From: Spirochaetia bacterium
Lineage (GTDB): Bacteria > Spirochaetota > Spirochaetia > WTKD01 > G963693115
Assembly: GCA_965216965.1 (NCBI GenBank)
Contig: CBDCGX010000003.1
Location: 24,033-88,032, forward strand
Direction: 5' to 3'
DNA: 64,000 bases
Position 1 is the stretch's first letter. Every line of letters starts with the position of its first letter. Made by a program: the position numbers and the translations under genes. Below, piece by piece: positions 12,187-22,349 of the stretch. The notes under the pieces are model-generated. The model made no database searches, had not been told where the DNA came from, and worked only from the letters and a program-made list of their open reading frames with translations.

Positions 12187-13599
12187 ATGAAAATGATAAG
12201 GGAAATGAGAATAGAACATGATTTGCTTGGTGAGAAAGAAATACCAGAGGATAATTACTATGGTATACAGACTCAGCGTGCACTTGAGAATTTTAAGAAA
12301 ATTAGTGGTGTTCGATTAAGTCATTATCCTATATTTATATCATCATTTGCGATGGTAAAATATGCCGCAGCAAACACTAACTTTACTTTAGGGTTACTAG
12401 ATGAAAAAGTTTTTAATGCCATTAAAAAAACGTGCAAAGAAATAATAGGTGGTAAATTCCGTAATCAGTTTGTAATAGATATGTTTCAAGGCGGGGCGGG
12501 AACTTCAACTAATATGAATGTTAATGAAGTAATTGCAAATAGAGCATTAGAAATAATGGGATATGATAAGGGACAATACCAATATTGTCATCCTAATAAC
12601 CATGTTAATCTTTCACAATCTACTAATGATGCCTATCCCACCGCTCTTCGCATAGCAATTTGGCATAAAAATAATGCCTTGCTAAAAGAGTTGAAGCCTT
12701 TAATTCTAGCTTTTAGAAACAAGGGTAAAGAATTTCAATATGTTGTTAAAATTGGACGGACACAGTTGCAAGATGCGGTTCCTATGACGCTAGGGCAAGA
12801 ATTTGAATCGTTTGCAGTTACTCTTGAAGAAGAAGTTGTTCGTTTATCGCAAATGGCAAATCTTTTCTTAGAGGTCAATATTGGTGCTACTGCAATAGGA
12901 ACGGGAATAAATGCTGATCCCAAGTATTCTAGGTTATGTATTCAATATCTTCGTGAAATTAGCGGGGAAAATATCACATTATCAAGTAATCTTATGGAAG
13001 CAACTCATGATTCAGGATCTTATATTATATATTCTTCTGCTTTAAAAAGACTAGCAACAAAACTATCTGTAATTTGTGATGATTTAAGACTGCTTTCTTC
13101 TGGACCTCGTTGTGGTTTTAATGAGATTAACCTTCCTTCCATGCAGCCGGGGTCATCAATCATGCCTGGAAAAGTTAACCCTGTTATTCCTGAATTAGTA
13201 AATCAGATTTGTTTTAAAGTTATAGGAAATGATTTATGTATTACTATGGCCGCAGCTGCAGGTCAGTTACAATTAAATGCTATGATGCCTATCATTACAC
13301 AAAGTATTTTTGAGTCAATCAGAATATTAAGAAAAGGGGTTCGTTCTTTTGCGAGACATTGTATTAGTGGAATAACTGCTAATAAAGAACATTGCTATGA
13401 AGTAGTTATGAAAAGCATAAGCATTATTACTGCACTTGTCCCTGTTCTTGGGTACGAGACTACTTCAAGCATTGCCAAGCAGGCTTTAAAAGAAAACAGA
13501 AATGTTATAGATATTGTAAAAGAGAAAAAAATACTTTCAGATGATGAAATAAATGAATTGCTATTACCAGAAAACATGATATCGTCTCGTTCTTTATAA
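12187..13599 (+). CDS. aspA: aspartate ammonia-lyase
   Basis: Fumarate-lyase signature GSSIMPGKVNPVIPE (the VIPE variant is typical of AspA rather than FumC), TNMNVNEVIANRA, SQSTNDAYPTA. Confidence 0.85.
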   Translation: MKMIREMRIEHDLLGEKEIPEDNYYGIQTQRALENFKKISGVRLSHYPIFISSFAMVKYAAANTNFTLGLLDEKVFNAIKKTCKEIIGGKFRNQFVIDMFQGGAGTSTNMNVNEVIANRALEIMGYDKGQYQYCHPNNHVNLSQSTNDAYPTALRIAIWHKNNALLKELKPLILAFRNKGKEFQYVVKIGRTQLQDAVPMTLGQEFESFAVTLEEEVVRLSQMANLFLEVNIGATAIGTGINADPKYSRLCIQYLREISGENITLSSNLMEATHDSGSYIIYSSALKRLATKLSVICDDLRLLSSGPRCGFNEINLPSMQPGSSIMPGKVNPVIPELVNQICFKVIGNDLCITMAAAAGQLQLNAMMPIITQSIFESIRILRKGVRSFARHCISGITANKEHCYEVVMKSISIITALVPVLGYETTSSIAKQALKENRNVIDIVKEKKILSDDEINELLLPENMISSRSL

Positions 13600-13634
13600 T
13601 TGAGATATATAAATGATATTGTTTTTCTCAATAA

Positions 13635-14756
13635 TTAAGATTTGTTTTTTATATCATGCCATTCTATGTTTTTGTAAGAAGAGATTGTTTTTTTTGCATT
13701 ATAAGAAGTAATGTAAGGATATAATTCTGATGTAAGTCCGCAGGGAATGTTTTGTTCGCTTCGTAAGAAAGTACAGTTTGCTTTGGTAAAAGATTCTCCC
13801 TCTTTTACTGCACATTGTGTAAAAAGACTTCTTCTACTTGTATGATAGTGCGAATATAGTGGAGCACTCCAAGAAAGAGGGCGTGGTGATATGGTATTGT
13901 TTTTTGTTCCATGTACGCATTCGTTGTATACTTCTTGACCATATGTCCTTTTAACATAAGGGATTCTTTCTTTTTCTGGGAGCGATATGGTAGTATTTAC
14001 ATCATTTACCATTTTTGAAAATTCTGAGGGAGTAAGTGCTATGGGATCGTCGGGGGATGTACCATGAGAATCTAGCGTAAAATGCTTTTCTGTTACTGTG
14101 CTTCCAAGTGCAGCGGCTATACTTGCAAGTATGGAGCTATTAGTACTGTGGTCAGATATGCCTAGTGTGCAATTAAAAAGGCTTTTGTATTTTAGAAGTA
14201 ACAAGAGTTTGTATTCAGCTAGCTCTGCAGGATAACGAGTTACGCATCTAAGAATAGTGATGTTGTCTTCATTAGACACATTTGTGATAATTTTGAGAGC
14301 ATTATATATATCTATAAGAGATGCAAGACCTGTTGAAAGGATTATTTGTACATGTGTTTTTTTCTTATAAAGTGCTATAGCGTTGAGGAGCGTGGTATAG
14401 TTTATCTCAGGAGAGGCAATTTTTATTCTTATTGGAGAAAGTTTTTGTAAAAGGGATAAAGATTGATGACCAAAAACACTGCATAAAAATTGTAGATTGC
14501 GCGATTCGGCGTAATCTTTTATGCTTTTGTAAAACTCAAAAGGTTTTTCTACAGACTTGAAGTATTTATAAATATCTATATTTCTTGTAGGCACTGCTAT
14601 ATGACCAGTATAGGGAGAGACTATTTCGTTTGCGATAACCCATTGGAATTTTACAGTGTGTGCTCCCGCATCTTTTGCAGCATCTATAAGTCTTTTTGCG
14701 TTAGAAACAGAACCAAGATGCGAAGTTCCTATTTCTGCTATGTATTCATGATTCAT
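13635..14756 (-). CDS. NeuB-family nonulosonic acid synthase (N-acetylneuraminate/pseudaminate/legionaminate synthase-like)
   Basis: N-terminal IAEIGTSHLGSVSNAKRLIDAAKDAGAHTVKFQ matches the NeuB TIM-barrel start. GISDHS motif. C-terminal extension consistent with a SAF domain. Confidence 0.8.
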   Translation of the reverse strand: MNHEYIAEIGTSHLGSVSNAKRLIDAAKDAGAHTVKFQWVIANEIVSPYTGHIAVPTRNIDIYKYFKSVEKPFEFYKSIKDYAESRNLQFLCSVFGHQSLSLLQKLSPIRIKIASPEINYTTLLNAIALYKKKTHVQIILSTGLASLIDIYNALKIITNVSNEDNITILRCVTRYPAELAEYKLLLLLKYKSLFNCTLGISDHSTNSSILASIAAALGSTVTEKHFTLDSHGTSPDDPIALTPSEFSKMVNDVNTTISLPEKERIPYVKRTYGQEVYNECVHGTKNNTISPRPLSWSAPLYSHYHTSRRSLFTQCAVKEGESFTKANCTFLRSEQNIPCGLTSELYPYITSYNAKKTISSYKNIEWHDIKNKS

Positions 14757-14768
14757 CTTTTTAATTAT

Positions 14769-16055
14769 TTAAGTGTTTTTGATTGTAGAAAAACCACAGT
14801 AGGGAACTAGTGCGGCGGGGATAGTTATTGTTCCATCTTTATTTTGAAAATTTTCAAAAAGGGCAACAAGGGTACGAGATATTGCAATGGCAGTTCCATT
14901 GAGCATGTGAGGGAAAAACCGATGTTTCTTTCCGTTTTCATCTATGTATTGACTTCGTATTTTAAGACGCCTTGCTTGATAGTCGGTGCAATTTGAGGTG
15001 CTTGTAATTTCTCCATATTCTCCTTTGCCTCTTCCGGGCATCCATGCTTCTAAATCAAACTTTCTATAGGCAGGAGCACCAAGATCCCCTGTGCAAGTAT
15101 CCACTATTCTATAGGGAATAGTGAGTGTGGTATATATTTCTTCTTCTATTGTTAAAAGTTGATTATGTATTTCTTCAGATTCTTCTGGATTACAAAACAC
15201 AAACATTTCTAACTTAGTGAATTGATGGACTCTATAAAGCCCCTTGGAGTATGTTCCGGTGGCTCCTGCTTCTTTGCGGAAACAGTGTGAGATACCAGCT
15301 ATTTTTATGGGGAGCGTTTCTTTAGGTATAATACTATTTGCATAATAGCCTCCGAGCGGTATTTCAGAAGTGCCTATAAGAGCGAGATTCTCATTTTCTA
15401 TACAATAAATATTACTTTCTTTTCCACGAGGATTAAACCCAATGCCATCTAATATGGTTGTTTTTGCAATATCGGGGGTTTGGAGTATGGTAAAGTCATG
15501 TTTTTTGAGTATATCAATACCAAAACGCAGAAGAGCTAATTCAAGGATAACGGCTTCATTCTTGAGATAATAAAATTTTGTTCCAGCAACTTCAGTAGCT
15601 TTGTCAAAATCTATAATATCTAGTTGTATTCCAAGTTCTACATGGTCTTTAGGTTTAAAGTCAAATTGCGGAATAGATCCCTTTGTTTGTATAACAAGGT
15701 TATCTTTTTCTTCTTTCCCTATAGACACGTGAGGATGGCAAAGATTAGGTATTGTTTTTGCAATAGTTGTTAGTTTTTTTTCAAGTATTTCATGCTTTTT
15801 AGTAAGCTCTAGAATGTGGTTCTTTATATATTTCCCTTTTTCTATATATTCGTTTCTCTCTGCAGCATTAGTTGCTTGAGACGAATGTTTTGCAATAGTA
15901 TTTTTTTGCTGTTGTGAGTTTTCTAATTCTTGTTGAATTGATATGGTTTTCTTATAGATCTGTACAAGTTCTTCTACATTATCGCGCATATTGCGTATTT
16001 TTGATGAGGTGCTAAATTGGTTGGCATTTTCAATAATATATTTTATATCTAACAT
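14769..16055 (-). CDS. serS: serine--tRNA ligase
   Basis: N-terminal coiled-coil arm. Class II motifs FRKEAG, GEITSTSNCTDYQARRL, LNGTAIAISRTLVALFENFQ. Confidence 0.95.
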   Translation of the reverse strand: MLDIKYIIENANQFSTSSKIRNMRDNVEELVQIYKKTISIQQELENSQQQKNTIAKHSSQATNAAERNEYIEKGKYIKNHILELTKKHEILEKKLTTIAKTIPNLCHPHVSIGKEEKDNLVIQTKGSIPQFDFKPKDHVELGIQLDIIDFDKATEVAGTKFYYLKNEAVILELALLRFGIDILKKHDFTILQTPDIAKTTILDGIGFNPRGKESNIYCIENENLALIGTSEIPLGGYYANSIIPKETLPIKIAGISHCFRKEAGATGTYSKGLYRVHQFTKLEMFVFCNPEESEEIHNQLLTIEEEIYTTLTIPYRIVDTCTGDLGAPAYRKFDLEAWMPGRGKGEYGEITSTSNCTDYQARRLKIRSQYIDENGKKHRFFPHMLNGTAIAISRTLVALFENFQNKDGTITIPAALVPYCGFSTIKNT

Positions 16056-16071
16056 AAGTCGTTCTGTAATT

Positions 16072-16986
16072 TTATGATACTATAATGTGGTTGTTTTTTT
16101 GGGAAAGTTCTTTTGCTCGTTTTGATGCAGCTTTTACAGCAGCAGCAATTATTTTTGAAAATTGTTCTTTTTTGAGGACTGCCATGCCTGCAACTGTGGT
16201 ACCTTTTGGAGATGATATTACATTAATGAGTTCCTGGGGAGTTTTAAACACGGGGAGAGATGGTAAGGAAGGGGAGGTACTACTATATTGTGTTTGTGTA
16301 ATATCAGCGTTAAGCATTGCAAGTGCTCCCAATACAGCATGAGATGCTGCTATAAAGGCATTATCATACGATAACTTTTGTTTTATTCCTGCTTGCATAA
16401 GTGAATCAATAAATTTTGTAGCAAAGGCAATGCCGCTTCCCGCCATCCCAGTAAATATAGGCATTTGTTTTTCATCTATATGCATAACTGCTCCAAATTG
16501 TTTTGCAATAGAAACGGCGGTAGTAATATCTTTTTTTTGTAATGCCTGTGCTGTGCTTATGGCTGTGATGCTTTTTTGTTTTAGTGCTGCTATAGTTGGC
16601 ATATAACGAACTATCCGTTTGTAGTTATTAAGAGACTGTGATATTGTTTTAATTTCTATGCCTGCTACAATAGAAATAATGAGGGGTTTATGGCTTGTAA
16701 TAAGAGGTAAAAGTTCTGTGAGGGTTGTATTAATTACTTGTGGTTTAACAGCAATAATAATGACATCAAAGTGTAGTGATTTTGTTTTTTCACTATGAGA
16801 TGAAATAGATTTTATATTTGTAAATAGAGAAGAAAGAGTAGAAAAGTGGCGTATGCTAAGCGTCTTTGCGTGCTTTGCAAAAACACTTTGAGGATCATAA
16901 GAATATATAAATATGTTTTTTGAATTTTGCAATGAGCTTGCAATTGCAAGCCCCATATTTCCCAGACCAACAACTAAAATATCCAT
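16072..16986 (-). CDS. proC: pyrroline-5-carboxylate reductase
   Basis: ILVVGLGNMGLAIA dinucleotide fold. C-terminal SPKGTTVAGM signature. Confidence 0.85.
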   Translation of the reverse strand: MDILVVGLGNMGLAIASSLQNSKNIFIYSYDPQSVFAKHAKTLSIRHFSTLSSLFTNIKSISSHSEKTKSLHFDVIIIAVKPQVINTTLTELLPLITSHKPLIISIVAGIEIKTISQSLNNYKRIVRYMPTIAALKQKSITAISTAQALQKKDITTAVSIAKQFGAVMHIDEKQMPIFTGMAGSGIAFATKFIDSLMQAGIKQKLSYDNAFIAASHAVLGALAMLNADITQTQYSSTSPSLPSLPVFKTPQELINVISSPKGTTVAGMAVLKKEQFSKIIAAAVKAASKRAKELSQKNNHIIVS

Positions 16987-17006
16987 TGTAATAATTCTTA
17001 TTTTAT

Positions 17007-17498
17007 TTACTGTAGAGATGCAATTGCTTTCTTATAATCTGGTTCTTTTTTTATTTCGGGAACAAGCTCTGTATAAATAACTTTGTTATTTATATCTAAT
17101 ACAATAACTGCTCGGGCTAGAAAATATTTGAGAGGTCCCGATATTATTTCTACACCGTAAGTGGAACCAAATGTGTGAGACATGTCAGAAAGAGTAATAC
17201 CCTTTTTGATTTTTTCGACTTTGCAGAATCTGGTAAGAGCAAAGGGGGTATCTCTACTTATAGTTAACAGCACTATTCCTTTTGAGATATGTTTTTCAAA
17301 CGATGATACACTTAAGGAGCATACAGAAGTATCAATACTTGGTACAATGTTTAATATTTTTTTCTTTCCCTTATATTGAGCAAGAGAAATTTTTTCAAGC
17401 TTATTAGAAATAAGAATGAAAGAGGGTGCTTTTGCTCCAATTTTTGGAAGACTCCCAATAGTATTAATAGACTTTCCGTCAAGTTTTATTTTTGCCAT
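17007..17498 (-). CDS. tpx: thiol peroxidase (atypical 2-Cys peroxiredoxin)
   Basis: PSIDTSVCS active-site motif, FCKVE resolving-Cys context, 163 aa. Confidence 0.9.
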   Translation of the reverse strand: MAKIKLDGKSINTIGSLPKIGAKAPSFILISNKLEKISLAQYKGKKKILNIVPSIDTSVCSLSVSSFEKHISKGIVLLTISRDTPFALTRFCKVEKIKKGITLSDMSHTFGSTYGVEIISGPLKYFLARAVIVLDINNKVIYTELVPEIKKEPDYKKAIASLQ

Positions 17499-17600
17499 AT
17501 ATTGTATTATACTATAAAAACAGTGTGTGAGCGGGTAATTGGAGATAAACTAAAATAGTTTTTTCTTATAATTCTGATGATATAATATAAAACATACTAC

Positions 17601-19484
17601 ATGAAAAAAAAAATAGATAAAAAGCATATAGAGTATCTTGCAAAACAAATACGGAATCATCAGAATGCGTATTACAATAAATATCCGAAAATAAGCGATG
17701 AAGCTTTTGATGCTCTTTTTGATAGATTAAGAGCACTTTGTCCAGAGCACGAATTACTGCAGTCACTCGGTAGGGATTCTTCTTTTTTTCCAAAATGTAA
17801 TCATATAATGCCTATGGGAAGTTTAAGTAAGGTAAACGATGATCAAGGCTTTTTCAAGTGGGCTAGAGAAAATAAAGTTGATTATTATAGCGTTCAATAT
17901 AAAATGGATGGAGCAAGTCTTGAATTGCAGTATGAGAAGGGAACTCTCGTTGCAGCCGTTACTCGTGGAAATGGACATGTAGGAGATAATATCTTTATGA
18001 ATTGTAGAAAAATGAATGGAGTGGTGCGTAACCTTCTCCAACCATTAAATTGTGCAGTGAGAGCAGAGGTAATAATGACACATGATATTCATAAAAAACA
18101 TTTTTCTAATAAGGCGAATTGTAGAAATGCTGCTAATGGGCTTATGAAGCGAAAAGATGGGAAGGGAGTTGAATATCTCTCTTTGATATGCTACGATATA
18201 TGGTTTCCTGTGACACCTCCAAGTAGTATAAAGATATCTACAGAACGAGGAAAAATAGCATTATTAAAAACCCTTGGGTTTGTAACGGTTGAGTATAAGG
18301 AGTGTATTACAGCACTGGAAGTTTGTAATTACAAAAGAGAAGTTGAAAAAAAAAGAGAGGAGCTCCCCTTTGATATAGATGGACTTGTTGTAAAACTTCC
18401 AGAGTGGAAGAAGGAAGACATGTATACATTGCGACCCAAGAGGCAGATAGCGTTTAAGTTTCCTTCTCCTTATGTCATAAGTACTTTAGAAGATGTTGAA
18501 TGGAGTGAGTCGGGACATTTATATACTCCAGTAGCAATTCTAAAGCCTGTACAAATTGCTGGCACTACTGTAAAGAGAGCGAGTCTTGCAAATCATAATC
18601 GCATGAGAGAATTAGATATAAAGATAGGCTCTGAGGTAATGATTTCTAAGCGAGGGGAGATAATTCCCAAGATTGAGAATGTTGTTTATACTCCAAAGTC
18701 GGCTAAAGACATTGAGTTTCCTAAGGTGTGTTCTACATGCGGAAGCGTGGTTAAAGAAGAAGGTTCTATGATTTTTTGTCCTAATCTTAAGTGCAAGCGA
18801 AGATTGCTTTTTAGGGTGACTCGATGGATAAATATCCAAGGAATAGATAATTGGGGAGAGGCATTGTTGTGGAAGCTTGTTATAGATACAGAAATGGTTA
18901 AAAAAATAGGTGATTTATATAGGATTACTGTTGATATGCTACTCTTGTTAGAAAAAGTAGCACAACCACTTGCAGAGAAATTATTGCACAGCTTGCATAA
19001 AAAGCAGTCTGTGCGATTGAGCACTCTTTTAGCGTCTATGGGGATAGATAGTGTTGCTTTGCTTACAGGAGAAAAAATAGTGGCATCAGGTATAAAGAAT
19101 TGGGAGATGCTTACAAAAACAAAAAAGGATGATTTAGAAAAGATAGAAGGAGTAGGTAAGGTAATAGCAAACAATATTTGTAAGGCGGTAGAATTTCTTA
19201 GAGAAGAAATTGAAGATTTGTTTACATTTGTAACAATAGAAGAATCTTCTTATGATCAAACCGTATCGTTTTGCTTTACTGGTGTACTTGCTTCTTTTAG
19301 TAGAAAGGAAGCTTCAAAGATTGTACAAGATATGGGGGCTATAGTAAAAACATCCATTACTAAGGATCTTACATATCTCGTGGTTGCAGATTCTACTTCA
19401 CAATCAACAAAAACTATAAAAGCAAAAAAACTTGGAGTGGAAATTATAAATGAAGATGATTTTAAAAAAATCATTCAAAAATAA
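17601..19484 (+). CDS. ligA: NAD-dependent DNA ligase
   Basis: YYNKYPKISDEAFDALFDRL (domain Ia), adenylation lysine in VQYKMDGAS, Zn finger CSTCGS..CPNLKC, C-terminal BRCT (FCFTGVLASFSR). Confidence 0.9.
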   Translation: MKKKIDKKHIEYLAKQIRNHQNAYYNKYPKISDEAFDALFDRLRALCPEHELLQSLGRDSSFFPKCNHIMPMGSLSKVNDDQGFFKWARENKVDYYSVQYKMDGASLELQYEKGTLVAAVTRGNGHVGDNIFMNCRKMNGVVRNLLQPLNCAVRAEVIMTHDIHKKHFSNKANCRNAANGLMKRKDGKGVEYLSLICYDIWFPVTPPSSIKISTERGKIALLKTLGFVTVEYKECITALEVCNYKREVEKKREELPFDIDGLVVKLPEWKKEDMYTLRPKRQIAFKFPSPYVISTLEDVEWSESGHLYTPVAILKPVQIAGTTVKRASLANHNRMRELDIKIGSEVMISKRGEIIPKIENVVYTPKSAKDIEFPKVCSTCGSVVKEEGSMIFCPNLKCKRRLLFRVTRWINIQGIDNWGEALLWKLVIDTEMVKKIGDLYRITVDMLLLLEKVAQPLAEKLLHSLHKKQSVRLSTLLASMGIDSVALLTGEKIVASGIKNWEMLTKTKKDDLEKIEGVGKVIANNICKAVEFLREEIEDLFTFVTIEESSYDQTVSFCFTGVLASFSRKEASKIVQDMGAIVKTSITKDLTYLVVADSTSQSTKTIKAKKLGVEIINEDDFKKIIQK

Positions 19485-19496
19485 TAAGCTACAGTA

Positions 19497-20717
19497 CTAC
19501 CAATACTTCCACTCGTTTTCTAGCCTTCTATAAGCAAGATGAGCACCAATTATATTTCGTGCGGCTGGACCAAGTTCCAATTCTGCAAGTGCCCCAGTAA
19601 GATATAGTCCAGAATGCCACTGAAGAGATGAATCTACAATTGGCCATCCTCCTTGGGTTGTGGCAAGTGAATATTTACTCTTAAGTGGTGCAATAATATG
19701 GTTGTGAGGAGGAATTGATTTTTCAAATCCGCTTGCAAATATTACAGAATTAAATTCTTCTGTAGTGCTTTTAGGAATGGCGTGTTTTGTAGAATTCTTT
19801 TGTAATTGTATAGTGTTGGTGTTTTTGCGTTGAAATATATTTTCTATTTTTCCAATAATATATGATATATGGTTCTTTTTAACTGCGTTAGAAAAAATAT
19901 TCATGCAAAATGAATTGATAGTCCCAGAAAACCGATGTGTTTGAATGATATTTCTTCTTTTGTTATAGTCTTTTTCGGATAAGAACAAGGGAAGACATTT
20001 TGGACCTATAAAGCAGGGATTGCTATCAAAAAAATTTACAGAAATATCCTTGTGGGAGAAAACGGTGACACGACAGTGCTTATCCGTATAAAATCGCAGA
20101 GCACTTTGTACACCACTCATTCCTGCTCCGATAATGGCAATTTTGCTCCCATCGGGCGGGTCTATGAAAGGAATGTCTAGGATGTGGGAAATATTGGTGG
20201 CATTTTTACAATATGTTGGAATGGCTGCCTTTTCTCCTCCAAGTGCTAATATCACTCGTTTTGTTTGCAATACTTCTTTTGAGGTAGTAATGCTCCATAG
20301 CTTGTTTTTATATTCTAAAGATTCTATATGTGCTTTGAGCCAACTGTTTTGTATTTTACATGTTTTGAGGCTGTGTGTACAATAATCGTAAAAAAGATCA
20401 ATAGTTGGAGTATAATACCTTCCCTCAAAGTGTTTTTGTGAGAAATTATGTTTTACGGCATATTCAAATAATGAATTAAAGTTCTTATGCATGCAGTGGC
20501 TTGCAGGAGAACGAAGATGGGATATGCCGACGGTTTTACACTGTGAAAAAAACTGTGCCAGAGGATGAGAATTATTGTCTATTATAAGAGTATTGTTTTG
20601 TACATGCTTTGGTAGATTTATAAAGAGAATAGAGCCATGTAGTCCACCCCCACATATTACAAGATCATATGTTTTATTTTTTCGTTTGGAAGGTGTATAA
20701 AAAACAGTGTTCATCAA
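19497..20717 (-). CDS. FAD/NAD(P)-binding oxidoreductase with two dinucleotide-binding motifs (function unknown)
   Basis: YDLVICGGGLHGS and KIAIIGAGMSGVQSA GxGxxG motifs. C-terminal GLYLTGALAELELGPAARNIIGA. Confidence 0.6.
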   Translation of the reverse strand: MMNTVFYTPSKRKNKTYDLVICGGGLHGSILFINLPKHVQNNTLIIDNNSHPLAQFFSQCKTVGISHLRSPASHCMHKNFNSLFEYAVKHNFSQKHFEGRYYTPTIDLFYDYCTHSLKTCKIQNSWLKAHIESLEYKNKLWSITTSKEVLQTKRVILALGGEKAAIPTYCKNATNISHILDIPFIDPPDGSKIAIIGAGMSGVQSALRFYTDKHCRVTVFSHKDISVNFFDSNPCFIGPKCLPLFLSEKDYNKRRNIIQTHRFSGTINSFCMNIFSNAVKKNHISYIIGKIENIFQRKNTNTIQLQKNSTKHAIPKSTTEEFNSVIFASGFEKSIPPHNHIIAPLKSKYSLATTQGGWPIVDSSLQWHSGLYLTGALAELELGPAARNIIGAHLAYRRLENEWKYW

Positions 20718-20729
20718 AAATCATAAGTT

Positions 20730-22349
20730 TTATTTTATTGTTGAACGTATAGAAGTAATACGTCGTAATTTTGTTTGTGTGTTTTTATATCGCCCCGTAA
20801 ACATTAGGATAATCTTATGCCAAACATTTAACCTTCTATAGGCTTCGTTTGAAAGAGTTGTGACTCTAAGATTAAATATTTCTTGCCACTTTAAAAGCGA
20901 TTGTGTTCTAAGGTCAAAGAAAGCACTTAATCTTTTTGTAACAGAATCAGAATGTTCCCCAGAAAGGGATTCTATTTTTTTCATATTTTTATCAAAGTGA
21001 ATAATAATTGAAGCTATGAGAATTGGAGCTCGCAGTATTCTATAATATAGTTCTTCATATTCTCTTACTTTTTGTCTTACTGATATTTCAAAGAGATCTT
21101 CGTCAAAAAAAGTGATTTCTGAATGGGGGAGTTTTTTAAGCAGATATTTTTGGAAGTTATTTACAAAATGTTCTTTCAGTTTTTCTTCAAGCGTGAAATA
21201 TTTTTCGGAGATATAGTTCCCTAACAATTCGGTATAAATATGGTAATTCTCAATTTTAACGATTTTCTTTATTTTTTTCTCTGCAGTGGCGTCATTTGCT
21301 ATTGTTACATATTTTTTATTAAAGTTATCTAGAACTTTTGTTGTTGATCCTTTAATATTGAGGGTTTGTATTTCTCTTTGTAATATTTGGTTGAATTGAG
21401 CTGAAGAAACACCGCTGGGAAATTTTTTGATTGTCTTTATAACATTTTTTGAGTGTTCTTCAATCTTTTTTTCCATAGATTGAACATTTTCTAATTGTAT
21501 GATTTTTGGTTTGAGAAGATATTCTAGAATAATTATTAGTTGTAAAAAATCAGGATAATTTTTAATTTGTTGATTTTGAGAAAGTGGATCTAATTCTTTA
21601 AAAAGGGTAGAAATAAAATCATTCCATATTGCGATCTCGTTATTTTCAATTTTCTCTTTTATGCTAGTAATTGAAGTGTTAAGGTGCTTTGCAACTACAT
21701 GAAGTATTATATTATTTTCAAATATTTGTTTCATACGTTCTGCACAGGTAGACCATAGAGATGAAATAGAAGCAGGAGTAAATAGGAATGTATCTTTATA
21801 TGTTTCTAAAGCAAAAACTATATCGGGTGTTTTTGCAGGATCTGCGTAAAATTCTTGTAGGCTTTCGCTCTTACATTCTGATAGGACTCCTTGTGGAATA
21901 TCTATGTGTTTTTCCAGTTCGGATTTAAATGTAAGCGGTTCTCTATCATTTATTTTTGCTTTTAGGAGAAGCTCCGTTATATATTCACAGAAAAATTCAA
22001 CACTGTTTTCGTCGCAAAATCGTATATAGTCGGGCTCAAGAATATGTGTTGTTATTTTGTTGCGAAGTATGATATATTGTGTTTCTTCTTCTAGCTTTGT
22101 GATAATTGATTTAAATAAAGGCTCGTTCTCTTGTAAATGAGCAATTTCTATTGCATCTTTATAAGGTATTTTTATTGCTCTAGGTATTACAAGGTTGTTA
22201 AACACTTCTATTTCCTTGGGATTAGTAATATTAAACCTGCTCAATAGTTTATTGATTTCAGCTTTATCATAGCTAAAATATGAAGGTATAGTAAGATTCA
22301 TTACAATATTTATTATACAAAAAATTACTATATAATGTAATATATGCAC
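20730..22349 (-). CDS. hypothetical helical protein (539 aa from a GTG; more likely 523 aa from the ATG at 22301)
   Basis: Long ORF, Lys/Glu/Ile-rich, no motif recognised. The GTG start would overlap the divergent ribD ORF. Confidence 0.5.
   Translation of the reverse strand: MHILHYIVIFCIINIVMNLTIPSYFSYDKAEINKLLSRFNITNPKEIEVFNNLVIPRAIKIPYKDAIEIAHLQENEPLFKSIITKLEEETQYIILRNKITTHILEPDYIRFCDENSVEFFCEYITELLLKAKINDREPLTFKSELEKHIDIPQGVLSECKSESLQEFYADPAKTPDIVFALETYKDTFLFTPASISSLWSTCAERMKQIFENNIILHVVAKHLNTSITSIKEKIENNEIAIWNDFISTLFKELDPLSQNQQIKNYPDFLQLIIILEYLLKPKIIQLENVQSMEKKIEEHSKNVIKTIKKFPSGVSSAQFNQILQREIQTLNIKGSTTKVLDNFNKKYVTIANDATAEKKIKKIVKIENYHIYTELLGNYISEKYFTLEEKLKEHFVNNFQKYLLKKLPHSEITFFDEDLFEISVRQKVREYEELYYRILRAPILIASIIIHFDKNMKKIESLSGEHSDSVTKRLSAFFDLRTQSLLKWQEIFNLRVTTLSNEAYRRLNVWHKIILMFTGRYKNTQTKLRRITSIRSTIK

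Noticed and set aside
17566-17793. 75-aa minus-strand ORF across the ligA start
   Set aside because: It overlaps the conserved ligA N-terminal domain in antisense and has no RBS or recognisable features.
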